A DNA stretch of 32,000 nucleotides from Aliivibrio fischeri ES114 (GCF_000011805.1 NC_006840.2), one strand, 5' to 3'. Shown: positions 9,797 through 20,042, counted from the first letter of the stretch. A program made the numbers and translations. Notes: generated from the letters alone by a model not told the origin.

Positions 9797-9903
9797 TCAT
9801 TGGCTTAATTTTCGTGTGCTACACTCGGCGAAAATAAAAAGAACAAGCTTCAATACCTACTGTATTGATTCATTATTTACTTTAAATTCCATATGAGGAT
9901 TCT

Positions 9904-11412
9904 ATGTCTACAGACAAAGAACTGAACGAAAAAAGCTATAGCGAATTACACCGCCCAGCTTCTGAGTTCGCTAGCCGTTCAGATTACTTAGATCATGAAC
10001 TTCAAATCATGAAACCACGCCGTTTTGGTTTAAACTTACCAGGTCGTGATTTCCGTTTTGAACTAGAAGATCTTGTTCCTGCTCTAGCGGGTACGATTGG
10101 TATCATTGCAATGTACTCTGCTGTAATGATGTCTTGGGCTGACGGTCTAACACAAGCATGGCCTCACATTACTTTAGGCAAAGATTTTGCTATTGAAGTT
10201 GCTCGTGTTGAAATGCTTATCCCTGCTTTCTTATTCTGTATCTTAGCTTCTGGTTTCTTTAACCCTCGCGCTAACCTTGCAGGTAACCATGGCCCTATGA
10301 TCCCACTAATCGGTGCGATCGCGTTAGCTGGTGCACACCCTCTTGCTCTTGCCATTTTACTAGGTGTATTCGGCTTACTATTAAGTTACTTTAAAGGTGG
10401 CTCAAAACTGGTTAACCTGACTTCGGAAGGGGTTGCCGGTGGTCTACTTGTTTTCTTAGGCTTCAGCGGAGCTATGGGACAAATTAGTAAGATCCAATCT
10501 TGGTCAACAGGCTTAGAAGGCAACTTTGGCTATGTTGGTTTGATTGTATTAGCTGTGAACATTGTTCTGTACGCTTACCTTGCTCGTATCAACAAACGTT
10601 GGTTAGCAATCCCAGCTTGTGCGTTTGCAGGCTTAGCTGTAGCTCTTGCTCTAGGTGCTGGTTTTGACCTTAAGTTTGAAACTGAAATGGGTCTTCCTAA
10701 CCTAAACCCTGTTTACTGGTGGGGTTCAACTGAAGAAGGCTGGATGCTTGGCTTACCAAACCTACAACACTTCTTAGCGTCTTTACCATTTGCTATTCTT
10801 GCTGTTGCTATGTGGTCTCCAGACTTCCTTGGTCACCGTATCTTCCAAGAACTGAACTACCCTCGTCGTACTGAAAAAGTGTTAATGGATGTTGATGACA
10901 CAATGACTATGTGTTCAATCCGTCAAATGGTAGGAACCGCTGTTGGTGGTGGTAATATCACTTCTTCTTGGGGTACATACATGATCCCAGCAGCGATTGC
11001 TAAGCGTCCAATCCCTGGCGGTGCTATCCTTCTTGGTACTATCGTTATGATTATCGCCATCCTTGGTTTCCCAATGGATGTAGCTGTATGGCCACCAGTA
11101 ATGTGTATGGCTCTATTAGTAGGTGTATTCCTACCAATGCTTGAAGCTGGTGTTCAAATGGTTAAAGAGAACAAAGATGCACAATCTGCAGGTATTTGTA
11201 TCTTTGCTGCTGCTGTTGCAAACCCTGTTTTAGCATGGGCAATGACTATGCTTCTTGATAACAATGGTTTAATCGGTGATAAAGAACGTCCTAAGAATCT
11301 TTCTTTCATTGACCGTATCGTTATCCCTGGCGGCGTATTAGTAATTTGTTTAATTGCGATGCTTGCTGTAGGTATGCTTGAAGGTCAATATGGCATCAAG
11401 GCACTACTATAG
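9904..11412 (+). CDS. Multi-pass membrane protein, DUF3360-like putative anion/permease-type transporter
   Basis: 502-aa ORF with about a dozen hydrophobic segments; recalled resemblance to the Vibrio DUF3360 family and general architecture of SulP/NCS2-type carriers. Family name is from memory. Confidence 0.75.
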   Translation: MSTDKELNEKSYSELHRPASEFASRSDYLDHELQIMKPRRFGLNLPGRDFRFELEDLVPALAGTIGIIAMYSAVMMSWADGLTQAWPHITLGKDFAIEVARVEMLIPAFLFCILASGFFNPRANLAGNHGPMIPLIGAIALAGAHPLALAILLGVFGLLLSYFKGGSKLVNLTSEGVAGGLLVFLGFSGAMGQISKIQSWSTGLEGNFGYVGLIVLAVNIVLYAYLARINKRWLAIPACAFAGLAVALALGAGFDLKFETEMGLPNLNPVYWWGSTEEGWMLGLPNLQHFLASLPFAILAVAMWSPDFLGHRIFQELNYPRRTEKVLMDVDDTMTMCSIRQMVGTAVGGGNITSSWGTYMIPAAIAKRPIPGGAILLGTIVMIIAILGFPMDVAVWPPVMCMALLVGVFLPMLEAGVQMVKENKDAQSAGICIFAAAVANPVLAWAMTMLLDNNGLIGDKERPKNLSFIDRIVIPGGVLVICLIAMLAVGMLEGQYGIKALL

Positions 11413-11439
11413 TAGTCAAACCTAACCTATAATACTTAT

Positions 11440-11468
11440 GGGGTAACCAAAAATGTTACCCCTTTTTA
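11440..11468 (+). terminator. Terminator after the DUF3360-like gene
   Basis: GGGGTAAC-CAAAAAT-GTTACCCC plus TTTTTATT. Confidence 0.85.
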
Positions 11469-11610
11469 TTAAAAAAATTGAAAATTTATTGATTTAGTTT
11501 AAGGTTTGCAAAAAAAGTTTAAGGTAATCTTGAAAAATAAAGTGGTTAGTCGCAATATATATGCTTATAAGCTAGATTTTGTAATCATTTATATTGTTAT
11601 TAAATTGAGT

Positions 11611-11667
11611 GTACTATTTTGCCTTCTAACGAAGGATATGGGTATCTCAAACCCATTTTAATAGTAC
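11611..11667 (+). promoter_or_regulatory. Structured pflB 5' leader candidate (nested three-stem arrangement)
   Basis: Outer stem GTACTATT (11611-11618)/AATAGTAC (11660-11667); inner CCTTC-TAAC-GAAGG (11622-11635) and ATGGGT-ATCTCAA-ACCCAT (11638-11656). Confidence 0.5.
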
Positions 11668-11698
11668 GTATTTTTTCTACTAAAAAGGTAGGTATATC

Positions 11699-13975
11699 AT
11701 GGCAGAGCAATTTGCTAAAGCTTGGACAGGTTTTGCAGACGGTGAGTGGCAAAACGAAGTTAACGTTCGCGATTTCATCCAAAAGAACTATGCACCATAT
11801 GAAGGTGATGAAGAATTCCTAGTTTCTGAAGGTACTGAAGCAACTAACAAGCTTTGGGCTAAAGTAATGGAAGGCATCAAACAGGAAAACGCAACTCACG
11901 CACCTGTTGATTTTGATACTGACGTTATCTCTACCATCACAGCTCACGATGCTGGTTACATCGAAAAAGATCTTGAAACTATCGTAGGTCTACAAACTGA
12001 TGCTCCTCTAAAACGTGCTATCATCCCTAACGGTGGTATCCGTATGGTTGAAGGTTCATGTAAAGCATACGATCGTGAATTAGATCCTTCAATTTCTAAA
12101 ATCTACTCTGAATACCGTAAAACACACAATGCTGGTGTTTTCGATATCTACACTCCAGACATCCTAAAATGTCGTAAATCAGGTGTTCTAACTGGTCTTC
12201 CAGATGCTTACGGCCGTGGTCGTATCATCGGTGATTACCGTCGTGTAGCACTTTACGGTATTGATTTCCTAATCAAAGACAAACTAGCTCAATTCACCTC
12301 TCTACAAGAGCGTTTTGAGAACGGTGAAGATCTAACTGCAACTATGCAACTTCGTGAAGAAATTGCTGAGCAACACCGTGCACTAGGTCAAATCAAGCAA
12401 ATGGCTGCGAAATACGGTTACGATATTTCTGGTCCTGCTACTACTGCTCAAGAAGCTGTTCAATGGACTTACTTCGGCTACCTAGCTGCTGTTAAATCTC
12501 AAAACGGTGCTGCAATGTCTCTAGGTCGTACTTCGACTTTCCTAGACATCTACATCCAACGTGATCTTGATGCTGGTCTTATTACTGAAGAACAAGCTCA
12601 AGAAATGATCGACCACTTCGTAATGAAGCTTCGTATGGTTCGTTTCCTACGTACTCCTGAATACGATGAGCTATTCTCTGGTGACCCAATCTGGGCAACA
12701 GAATCTATGGGTGGTATGGGTCTTGACGGTCGTACACTAGTTACACGTACTAACTTCCGTTTCCTAAACAGCCTATACACTATGGGTCCTTCTCCAGAGC
12801 CAAACATCACTGTTCTTTGGTCTGAGCAACTACCTGACGGCTTCAAACGTTTCTGTGCGAAAGTATCTATCGATACTTCTTCTATCCAGTACGAAAATGA
12901 TGACCTAATGCGTCCTGACCTACAATCTGATGACTACGCAATCGCTTGTTGTGTATCTCCAATGGTTGTTGGTAAGCAAATGCAATTCTTTGGTGCTCGT
13001 GCTAACCTTGCAAAAACTATGCTTTACGCAATCAACGGTGGTGTTGATGAGAAGCTGAAAATGCAAGTTGGTCCTAAAGAAGCGCCAATGGCTGACGAAG
13101 TTCTTGATTACGCTAAAGTAATGGATCGTCTAGATCACTTCATGGATTGGTTAGCTAAACAATACGTGACTGCTCTAAACAGCATCCACTACATGCACGA
13201 TAAATACAGCTACGAAGCGTCTCTAATGGCTCTTCACGATCGTGACGTTCGTCGTACAATGGCTTGTGGTATCGCTGGTCTTTCTGTTGCAGCTGACTCA
13301 CTATCTGCAATCAAATACGCTACAGTTAAACCTGTACGTGACGAAGACGGCATCGCTATCGATTTCGAAATCGAAGGTGATTACCCTAAATTTGGTAACA
13401 ACGACCCACGCGTTGATGATATCGCATGTGAACTAGTTTCTACGTTTATGGGCAAAATCCGTAAACTGAAAATGTACCGTAACGCTATCCCAACTCAATC
13501 TATCCTTACTATTACATCTAACGTTGTATACGGTAAGAAAACTGGTAATACACCAGATGGTCGTCAAGCAGGTGCTCCTTTTGCTCCTGGTGCTAACCCA
13601 ATGCACGGCCGTGATGAGAAAGGTGCTGTAGCATCTCTAACTTCAGTAGGTAAACTACCGTTTGCTGATGCACAAGATGGTATCTCTTACACATTCTCTA
13701 TCGTACCTAACGCTCTAGGTAAAGACGATGACAACCGTCGTTCTAACCTTGCTGGCCTAATGGATGGTTACTTCCACCACGAAGCAAACATCGAAGGCGG
13801 TCAACACTTGAACGTTAACGTTCTTAACCGTGAAACTCTAGAAGACGCAGTTAAGCACCCAGAGAACTACCCACAACTAACTATCCGTGTATCGGGTTAC
13901 GCTGTGCGTTTTAACTCTCTAACTACTGAACAACAAAAAGACGTAATCGCACGTACTTTCACTGAATCACTATAA
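11699..13975 (+). CDS. pflB: Formate C-acetyltransferase (pyruvate formate-lyase)
   Basis: 758 aa, ACCVSPM catalytic cysteines and C-terminal RVSGYAVRF glycyl-radical motif. Confidence 0.98.
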   Translation: MAEQFAKAWTGFADGEWQNEVNVRDFIQKNYAPYEGDEEFLVSEGTEATNKLWAKVMEGIKQENATHAPVDFDTDVISTITAHDAGYIEKDLETIVGLQTDAPLKRAIIPNGGIRMVEGSCKAYDRELDPSISKIYSEYRKTHNAGVFDIYTPDILKCRKSGVLTGLPDAYGRGRIIGDYRRVALYGIDFLIKDKLAQFTSLQERFENGEDLTATMQLREEIAEQHRALGQIKQMAAKYGYDISGPATTAQEAVQWTYFGYLAAVKSQNGAAMSLGRTSTFLDIYIQRDLDAGLITEEQAQEMIDHFVMKLRMVRFLRTPEYDELFSGDPIWATESMGGMGLDGRTLVTRTNFRFLNSLYTMGPSPEPNITVLWSEQLPDGFKRFCAKVSIDTSSIQYENDDLMRPDLQSDDYAIACCVSPMVVGKQMQFFGARANLAKTMLYAINGGVDEKLKMQVGPKEAPMADEVLDYAKVMDRLDHFMDWLAKQYVTALNSIHYMHDKYSYEASLMALHDRDVRRTMACGIAGLSVAADSLSAIKYATVKPVRDEDGIAIDFEIEGDYPKFGNNDPRVDDIACELVSTFMGKIRKLKMYRNAIPTQSILTITSNVVYGKKTGNTPDGRQAGAPFAPGANPMHGRDEKGAVASLTSVGKLPFADAQDGISYTFSIVPNALGKDDDNRRSNLAGLMDGYFHHEANIEGGQHLNVNVLNRETLEDAVKHPENYPQLTIRVSGYAVRFNSLTTEQQKDVIARTFTESL

Positions 13976-13999
13976 TTCAGCGTTAATTAAGTAGAATTG

Positions 14000-14027
14000 A
14001 GCCCTGCCATTTTGGTGGGGCTTTTTT
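14000..14027 (+). terminator. Terminator after pflB
   Basis: AGCCCTGCCA...TGGTGGGGCT (with G-U pairs) plus TTTTTT. Confidence 0.8.
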
Positions 14028-14137
14028 ATTGCCTTATTAAATTAAAGTTTATCTCCCCTTTCTCTTCTTCATTACTACTTAATTGACCGCTTTTATAATA
14101 AAATAACCCCATAATTATAGTTCGGAGAAATGTCGTC

Positions 14138-14875
14138 ATGTCTGTAGGTCGTATTCACTCTTTTGAAACATGTGGAACTGTTGATGGTCCTGGTATTCGC
14201 TTTATTGTTTTCTTGCAAGGCTGTTTAATGCGTTGTATGTATTGCCACAACCGTGATACTTGGGATACACATGATGGTAAAGAAGTGACTGTTGCTGAAT
14301 TGATTGAAGAAGCAAAAAGCTATCGTCACTTTATGAAAGCCTCAGGAGGCGGTATTACTTGTTCAGGCGGTGAAGCAATGTTACAACCTGAATTTGTACG
14401 TGATTTTTTCCGTGCAGCTCAAGCAGAAGGCATCCATACTTGTTTAGATACCAATGGGTATATTCGTAAACACACAGATGTGATTGATGAAGTTTTAGAA
14501 GCATCAGATCTTGTTATGCTTGATCTAAAACAGATGAAAGATGACGTCCATAAAGAATTCATTGGTGTATCAAATACTCGAGTTCTTGATTTTGCTCGTT
14601 ACCTTCATAAGATTGGTCAAAAAACATGGATCCGTTACGTTATTGTTCCTGGCTATACTGATGATGAAGAATCAGCACACCTTTTAGGTAACTTTATTAA
14701 AGATATGGATAACATTGAAAAAATAGAATTACTTCCATACCACAAATTAGGTGCCCATAAATGGGAAGCATTAGGCCATGACTACCCTCTTGAAGGCGTT
14801 AATCCACCATCAAAAGAAACGATGGAAAAAATGGTCGAAATCCTAAGCCAATACCACAACAACGTAAAATATTAA
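14138..14875 (+). CDS. pflA: Pyruvate formate-lyase 1-activating enzyme (radical SAM)
   Basis: [16 protein letters not shown] (CxxxCxxC), [10 protein letters not shown]; adjacent to pflB. Confidence 0.97.
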   Translation: MSVGRIHSFETCGTVDGPGIRFIVFLQGCLMRCMYCHNRDTWDTHDGKEVTVAELIEEAKSYRHFMKASGGGITCSGGEAMLQPEFVRDFFRAAQAEGIHTCLDTNGYIRKHTDVIDEVLEASDLVMLDLKQMKDDVHKEFIGVSNTRVLDFARYLHKIGQKTWIRYVIVPGYTDDEESAHLLGNFIKDMDNIEKIELLPYHKLGAHKWEALGHDYPLEGVNPPSKETMEKMVEILSQYHNNVKY

Positions 14876-14902
14876 TTACGTCGTTCCCTTTTTAAGCAAC
14901 AC

Positions 14903-14925
14903 AAATGCCCGATCTTCGGGCATTT
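14903..14925 (+). terminator. Terminator after pflA
   Basis: AAATGCCCGA-TCT-TCGGGCATTT perfect 10-bp stem followed by TT-rich tract. Confidence 0.85.
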
Positions 14926-14940
14926 TTATTGGAAAAAATA

Positions 14941-16089
14941 ATGTACCAATTAAGCTTTTCGCTACAAGAATTCCTATCTGAGTATTGGCAAAAAAAACCT
15001 GTAATCATCAAAGACGGATTTGAGAACTTTCAAGATCCTGTTACTCCAGAAGAACTAGCAGGACTGACCTTAGAAAACGACGTCGATTCTCGATTCATTT
15101 CTAACGCTAATAACGAATGGAAAGCAGAGCACGGGCCTTTATCTGAAGAGCTTTATGAAACTCTTGGAGAGACCAATTGGTCTATTATCGTCCAAGCAGC
15201 TAATCACTGGCACAAAGGCGCAGCAGAATTGTTCAAGCCTTTTAAACAAATGCCCAATTGGTTATTTGATGACATCATGATCAGCTACTCAGTGCCTCAT
15301 GGCGGTGTTGGTCCACATATTGATCAATATGATGTATTTATCATCCAAGGTCAGGGGAAACGTCATTGGCGTGTTGGCGATATCGGTGAATATCAAGAAG
15401 AACATAGACATTCTGCATTGAAACAAATTACTGGATTTGAACCGATTATCGATCAAATTCTAGAGCCTGGTGACATTCTTTATATCCCACCCGGCTTCCC
15501 GCATGATGGCTACGCCTTAGAGCCATCTATGAGTTATTCAGCAGGTTTTCGTTCTCCAAAAGAACAAGAGTTAATCAGTAATTTTGCTGACTTCATTATT
15601 GAGAATGAAAAAGGTGATGTTCATTATCATAACCCTGAACTCTCGACACAAAGTCATGGTAGCGAAATCACAACAAGAAGCTTTGAAGACTTAAAAGCGA
15701 TGATGTTAAGCGCAATGTCAGATGAGCAAACGCTAAAGCAGTTTATGGGAGAGTACTTAAGTAACTCTCGTCATCATTTAAATATCATTCCAGATTCTGA
15801 AAAGTGGACAACTGAAGAGTTGCTTAATTACTTACATTCAGGTCAAGCATTGATCAAAGTGGCAGGCGTCCGCTCGTTTTACCATGAAGTAGAATCATGT
15901 GAAGAAAACATGACTCTTTTTATTGATGGTGAAAGTTATGTTTTCCCATTAAAAATGAAAAATGATGTGATCACATTATGTGAAGCTAATGAGGTAACAC
16001 TGAACAATATTGAACAGCTTTTACTAGACCCTCATTCTGTCGCTAACTTACTTCAACTGGTAAATATCGGATATTTTTACGCGGAATAA
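14941..16089 (+). CDS. roxA: Ribosomal protein L16 arginine hydroxylase (JmjC/cupin oxygenase, YcfD/RoxA)
   Basis: VPHGGVGPHIDQYDVFIIQGQGKRHWRVG and EPGDILYIPPGFPHDG; Fe(II)/2OG JmjC motif HxD...H. Start at MYQLSFSLQEFLSEYW chosen over the 14905 start. Confidence 0.92.
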   Translation: MYQLSFSLQEFLSEYWQKKPVIIKDGFENFQDPVTPEELAGLTLENDVDSRFISNANNEWKAEHGPLSEELYETLGETNWSIIVQAANHWHKGAAELFKPFKQMPNWLFDDIMISYSVPHGGVGPHIDQYDVFIIQGQGKRHWRVGDIGEYQEEHRHSALKQITGFEPIIDQILEPGDILYIPPGFPHDGYALEPSMSYSAGFRSPKEQELISNFADFIIENEKGDVHYHNPELSTQSHGSEITTRSFEDLKAMMLSAMSDEQTLKQFMGEYLSNSRHHLNIIPDSEKWTTEELLNYLHSGQALIKVAGVRSFYHEVESCEENMTLFIDGESYVFPLKMKNDVITLCEANEVTLNNIEQLLLDPHSVANLLQLVNIGYFYAE

Positions 16090-16099
16090 GTACAAAAAA

Positions 16100-16126
16100 A
16101 GCGCGATATAAATTGCCTATCGCGCT
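16100..16126 (-). terminator. Terminator for the opp operon (- strand)
   Basis: AGCGCGATA...TATCGCGCT with an A-run immediately to the left on + strand (T-run on - strand). Confidence 0.75.
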
Positions 16127-16162
16127 TAAGCCTGTCACAGGCTGAATTAAAATACATTTTTT

Positions 16163-16189
16163 AACCCATCATAAATATTATGATGGGTT
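16163..16189. terminator. Strong hairpin between convergent roxA and oppF
   Basis: AACCCATCATAA-ATA-TTATGATGGGTT, 12-bp perfect stem, followed by TTTATT on the + strand. Confidence 0.8.
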
Positions 16190-16193
16190 TTTA

Positions 16194-17195
16194 TTAAATG
16201 TCTGTTACCGCCAAACACGATACCGCATGTACATCGTTGCCTTTTAGTTCAGGCTTTGTTTCTGCACATGCATCTGTTGCTTGAGGACAACGTGTACGGA
16301 ACACACAGCCAGATGGTGGATTGATTGGAGATGGTAAATCCCCTTCTAGCATTTCAATCGTTTTTGCTCTTTCTAGCTTTGGATCAGGAATTGGAACGGC
16401 TGACATCAAGGCTTTTGTATAAGGATGCTTAGGATTACTAAATAACGCGTCAGACTCACCAAGTTCAACCTCATTACCTAAATACATAACTAGAACACGA
16501 TCTGAGATATGCTTCACAACCGATAAATCGTGAGCAATAAAGACTAAGCTTAAACCAAGTTCTTTTTGAAGCTCTTTAAGTAAGTTAACTACCTGTGCTT
16601 GAATTGATACATCCAAAGCCGATACTGGCTCATCACAAATGATCATCTTAGGTTTTAAAATAAGCGCTCGTGCAATACCAATACGTTGACATTGACCGCC
16701 AGAAAATTCATGAGGATAACGGTTTATCACATTAGGTAATAATCCCACTTTAGCCATCATCTCTTTAACTCTATCCTTCACTTCATCTTTTGTTAGCTTT
16801 GGATAAAAAGTTTGTAATGGCTCAGCAATAATATCACCTACTGTCATACGAGGATTCAATGATGCCAAAGGATCTTGGAATATCATCTGTATTTCTTTGC
16901 GCTTTTGACGAAGTGGTTCATCTTCTAATTTAGTCAGATCTTCTCCTAACCAAACTACTTCACCATCTGTCGCTTCAACTAAACCAATAATGGCACGAGC
17001 AAAGGTTGATTTACCACAACCAGATTCACCAACAACACCTAGTGTTTCACCTTCATATAAACGAACGTTAACACCATCAACCGCTTTTAAGTTTGCAGGT
17101 TTAGCCCAAGGCCATACTGATTTCGCTGCAATACTAAAATGCACTTTAAGGTTCTTTACATCTAGAATTAAATTTTTATCTGCTGACATTACCAC
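16194..17195 (-). CDS. oppF: Oligopeptide ABC transporter ATPase OppF (start 17195 GTG or 17189 ATG)
   Basis: GESGCGKST, FSGGQCQRIGIARALILKP, CDEPVSALDVSIQAQV, C-terminal CVFRTRCPQATDAC. Confidence 0.93.
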   Translation of the reverse strand: MVMSADKNLILDVKNLKVHFSIAAKSVWPWAKPANLKAVDGVNVRLYEGETLGVVGESGCGKSTFARAIIGLVEATDGEVVWLGEDLTKLEDEPLRQKRKEIQMIFQDPLASLNPRMTVGDIIAEPLQTFYPKLTKDEVKDRVKEMMAKVGLLPNVINRYPHEFSGGQCQRIGIARALILKPKMIICDEPVSALDVSIQAQVVNLLKELQKELGLSLVFIAHDLSVVKHISDRVLVMYLGNEVELGESDALFSNPKHPYTKALMSAVPIPDPKLERAKTIEMLEGDLPSPINPPSGCVFRTRCPQATDACAETKPELKGNDVHAVSCLAVTDI

Positions 17196-18154
17196 GTCTC
17201 CTGATCAGAAAAACAAGCACGTAAACGATCTTGACCAAACGGCAATAAGATCGGAGCTTCTTGCTTACAACGGTCCATAACACGATGACATCGTTCTTGA
17301 TAAGGACAGCCTGTAGGTAAACGGAGTAAATTAGGTGGGTTACCTGGAATAGTCGGTAAGATTTCCCCTTCCGTATCTAAACGAGGAATCGCTTTTAATA
17401 ACCCCTCAGCATAAGGGTGGCTTGGCTCGTAAAATATTTCATTTACTGTGCCGTATTCCATTGTACGACCAGCATACATAACAAGCACTTTGTCACAAGA
17501 ACCAGCAACAACACCAAGATCGTGAGTAATCATGATAATCGCTGTATTAAATTCACTTTTCAGCTCATTCAATAATTCCATAATTTGTGCTTGTACCGTT
17601 ACATCTAACGCGGTAGTTGGTTCATCAGCAATAAGGAGTTTCGGACGACAAAGCAATGCCATCGCAATCATCACACGCTGGCGCATACCACCCGAAAATT
17701 CATGTGGATACATAGTAATACGTTTACGAGCTTCTGGTATTTTAACCGCTTCTAACATTCGAACAGACTCTTCAAATGCTTCTGCTTTACCCATGCCTTT
17801 ATGTAGCATGAGCACTTCCATTAATTGTTCACTTACTTTCATGTATGGATTAAGTGACGTCATTGGATCTTGGAAGATCATCGCCATCTGTTCAGCACGA
17901 ATACTGTTCAGTTCTTTTTCTGGAAGGTTAAGGATCTCTTTTCCTTCAAATTTTGCGCTACCAGTAATAATACCGTTTTTAGCTAATAATCCCATTAAGG
18001 CAAATACAGTTTGTGATTTACCTGAACCTGATTCACCAACAATACCTAATGTCTCACCTTGTTTTAGTGAGAAGTTTAAATCATTTACTGCCGTTACATT
18101 ACCATCTTGTGTGGTGAACTCTACTCGCAGATCTTTTACATCTAATAAACTCAT
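17189..18154 (-). CDS. oppD: Oligopeptide ABC transporter ATPase OppD
   Basis: GESGSGKSQ, FSGGMRQRVMIAMAL, ADEPTTALDVTVQAQIMELL, CPYQERC. Confidence 0.95.
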   Translation of the reverse strand: MSLLDVKDLRVEFTTQDGNVTAVNDLNFSLKQGETLGIVGESGSGKSQTVFALMGLLAKNGIITGSAKFEGKEILNLPEKELNSIRAEQMAMIFQDPMTSLNPYMKVSEQLMEVLMLHKGMGKAEAFEESVRMLEAVKIPEARKRITMYPHEFSGGMRQRVMIAMALLCRPKLLIADEPTTALDVTVQAQIMELLNELKSEFNTAIIMITHDLGVVAGSCDKVLVMYAGRTMEYGTVNEIFYEPSHPYAEGLLKAIPRLDTEGEILPTIPGNPPNLLRLPTGCPYQERCHRVMDRCKQEAPILLPFGQDRLRACFSDQETW

Positions 18155-18204
18155 AATTCTTTCCTGCTCAAATTTGTTTAATAATTAACTGTCCACACAG
18201 AGGA

Positions 18205-19107
18205 TTATCTGTCTTTTGGATCCAGCGCATCACGTAAACCATCACCTACATAGTTAAAGCAGAACAAGGTAACGACCATAAATAAAGCTGGGAAAGTTAA
18301 CTGCCAAATTGCCACTTCCATAGTTTGAGAACCTTCTTGAAGTAAGGCGCCCCAACTAGTCATCGGCTCTTGAACACCTAGACCAAGGAAAGATAAGAAA
18401 GATTCAGTTAGGATCATACTCGGGATAAGTAATGTTGAATAAACGGCAACAATACCTAGTACGTTTGGTACGATATGACGAGTGATGATGCCCCACTTAC
18501 TCACACCGCACACGTGTGCTGCTTCAATAAACTCTTTACTACGTAAGCTAAGTGTTTGACCACGAACAATACGAGCCATATCAAGCCAAGCAATTGCACC
18601 AATAGCAACAAAGATAAGAATGATATTACGCCCAAAAAATGTTACTAATACGATAACCAAAAACATAAAAGGCACAGCGTATAAGATTTCAATAAAACGC
18701 ATCATTACTCGGTCAACTTTACCACCAACAAAGCCTGATGTTGCTCCGTAAAGCGTTCCAATTAGTACAGCAACTAATGCACCTAGAATACCAACCATCA
18801 ATGAAATTCGTCCGCCAACTAAGGTACGAACAAATAAATCACGACCTAAGCTGTCCGTTCCAAATAAGTGCGCCATACTTGGGCCTTGGTGTAGTGCATA
18901 CCAATCCGTATCATCATAAGCATATTGACTGAACATCGGCAGGAAAATTACAGCCAAAGTCATCAATGTAAGAATAAACAAACTGATCATTGCCGCTTTG
19001 TTTCGCATAAAGCGGATTCGTGCGTCTTGCCATAGACTGCGACCCTCAATCTCCAAACTTTCAGAGAATTTTTCAATCGCTTCTAAATTTTCTTTTTTCG
19101 TTAACAT
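18205..19107 (-). CDS. oppC: Oligopeptide ABC transporter permease OppC
   Basis: HLFGTDSLGRDLFVRTLVGGRISLMVGILGA, position in the operon. Confidence 0.95.
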   Translation of the reverse strand: MLTKKENLEAIEKFSESLEIEGRSLWQDARIRFMRNKAAMISLFILTLMTLAVIFLPMFSQYAYDDTDWYALHQGPSMAHLFGTDSLGRDLFVRTLVGGRISLMVGILGALVAVLIGTLYGATSGFVGGKVDRVMMRFIEILYAVPFMFLVIVLVTFFGRNIILIFVAIGAIAWLDMARIVRGQTLSLRSKEFIEAAHVCGVSKWGIITRHIVPNVLGIVAVYSTLLIPSMILTESFLSFLGLGVQEPMTSWGALLQEGSQTMEVAIWQLTFPALFMVVTLFCFNYVGDGLRDALDPKDR

Positions 19108-19121
19108 GCGTCCATTCCCTA

Positions 19122-20042
19122 TTAATAACGAATTTTCGGGTCGATAATTGCTAGTAATACATCAACAATTGCGTTGAATAAGATAAATAGGAAACCAATC
19201 AGAATGGTTACCCCCATTACTAACGAATAATCACGGTTAAATGCTGCATTGACGAAAAGCTTACCAATTCCAGGTAGACCAAAAATCGTTTCAATAACAA
19301 CAGAACCGGTAATAATGCCGACAAATGCTGGTCCCATATAAGAAACAACAGGTAACATTGCAGGCTTTAGTGCATGTTTAATAATAATGTAGCGATAACT
19401 TAATCCCTTCGCACGAGCAGTTCGAATAAAGTTACTGTTTAATGTTTCAATCATGCTACCACGAGTAATACGAGCAAAAGTCGCAACATAAAGGAATGAC
19501 ATACCTAGAATTGGTAAGAACATGTATTTAAATGAGCCATCATGCCAACCACCAGCAGGGAACCAGCCAAGCTCAATAGAAAAGAGATAAATCAGTGCAG
19601 GGGCCAATACAAAGGATGGCATCACCACCCCCACCATGGCGGTGGACATAATCGTATAATCAAGCCATGTATTTTGCCTTAATGCGGCTAAGGTACCGAC
19701 AGTAACCCCAAGTACCACCGTAAAAATAAACGCAAAAAAACCAACTTTAGCTGACACTGGTAATGCCGCTTCAACCAATTCATTTACTGTATAATCTTGA
19801 TATTTAAATGAAGGACCGAAATCACCTTGTAAGATATTACCAAGATAAGTCGTATATTGTTCGAATACCGGTTTATCTAAACCGTATTTTGCATTGATAT
19901 TCGCCATAACTTCCGGAGGAAGTGGGCGTTCTGTTGAAAATGGATTGCCAGGGGCAAATCTCATTAAGAAAAAAGAAATGGTGATCAAAACCAACATTGT
20001 TGGAATTGCTTCAAGTATCCGTTTGATAATGAATTGAAACAT
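19122..20042 (-). CDS. oppB: Oligopeptide ABC transporter permease OppB
   Basis: MFQFIIKRILEAIPTMLVLITISFFLMRFAPGNPFSTERPLPPEV, position in the operon. Confidence 0.96.
   Translation of the reverse strand: MFQFIIKRILEAIPTMLVLITISFFLMRFAPGNPFSTERPLPPEVMANINAKYGLDKPVFEQYTTYLGNILQGDFGPSFKYQDYTVNELVEAALPVSAKVGFFAFIFTVVLGVTVGTLAALRQNTWLDYTIMSTAMVGVVMPSFVLAPALIYLFSIELGWFPAGGWHDGSFKYMFLPILGMSFLYVATFARITRGSMIETLNSNFIRTARAKGLSYRYIIIKHALKPAMLPVVSYMGPAFVGIITGSVVIETIFGLPGIGKLFVNAAFNRDYSLVMGVTILIGFLFILFNAIVDVLLAIIDPKIRY

Noticed and set aside
11489-11502. Possible second FNR site TTGAT-TTAG-TTTAA upstream of pflB
   Set aside because: The right half-site matches ATCAA poorly in very AT-rich sequence, so it is too weak to call.
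11600-11822. Small ORFs in the pflB leader and pflB 5' end on both strands
   Set aside because: Overlap the strongly supported pflB gene or structured leader; low complexity and no homology recognised.
17532-18188. 218-aa plus-strand ORF
   Set aside because: Antisense to oppD, a product of codon bias in the real gene; Ser/Ile-rich text without a recognisable domain.
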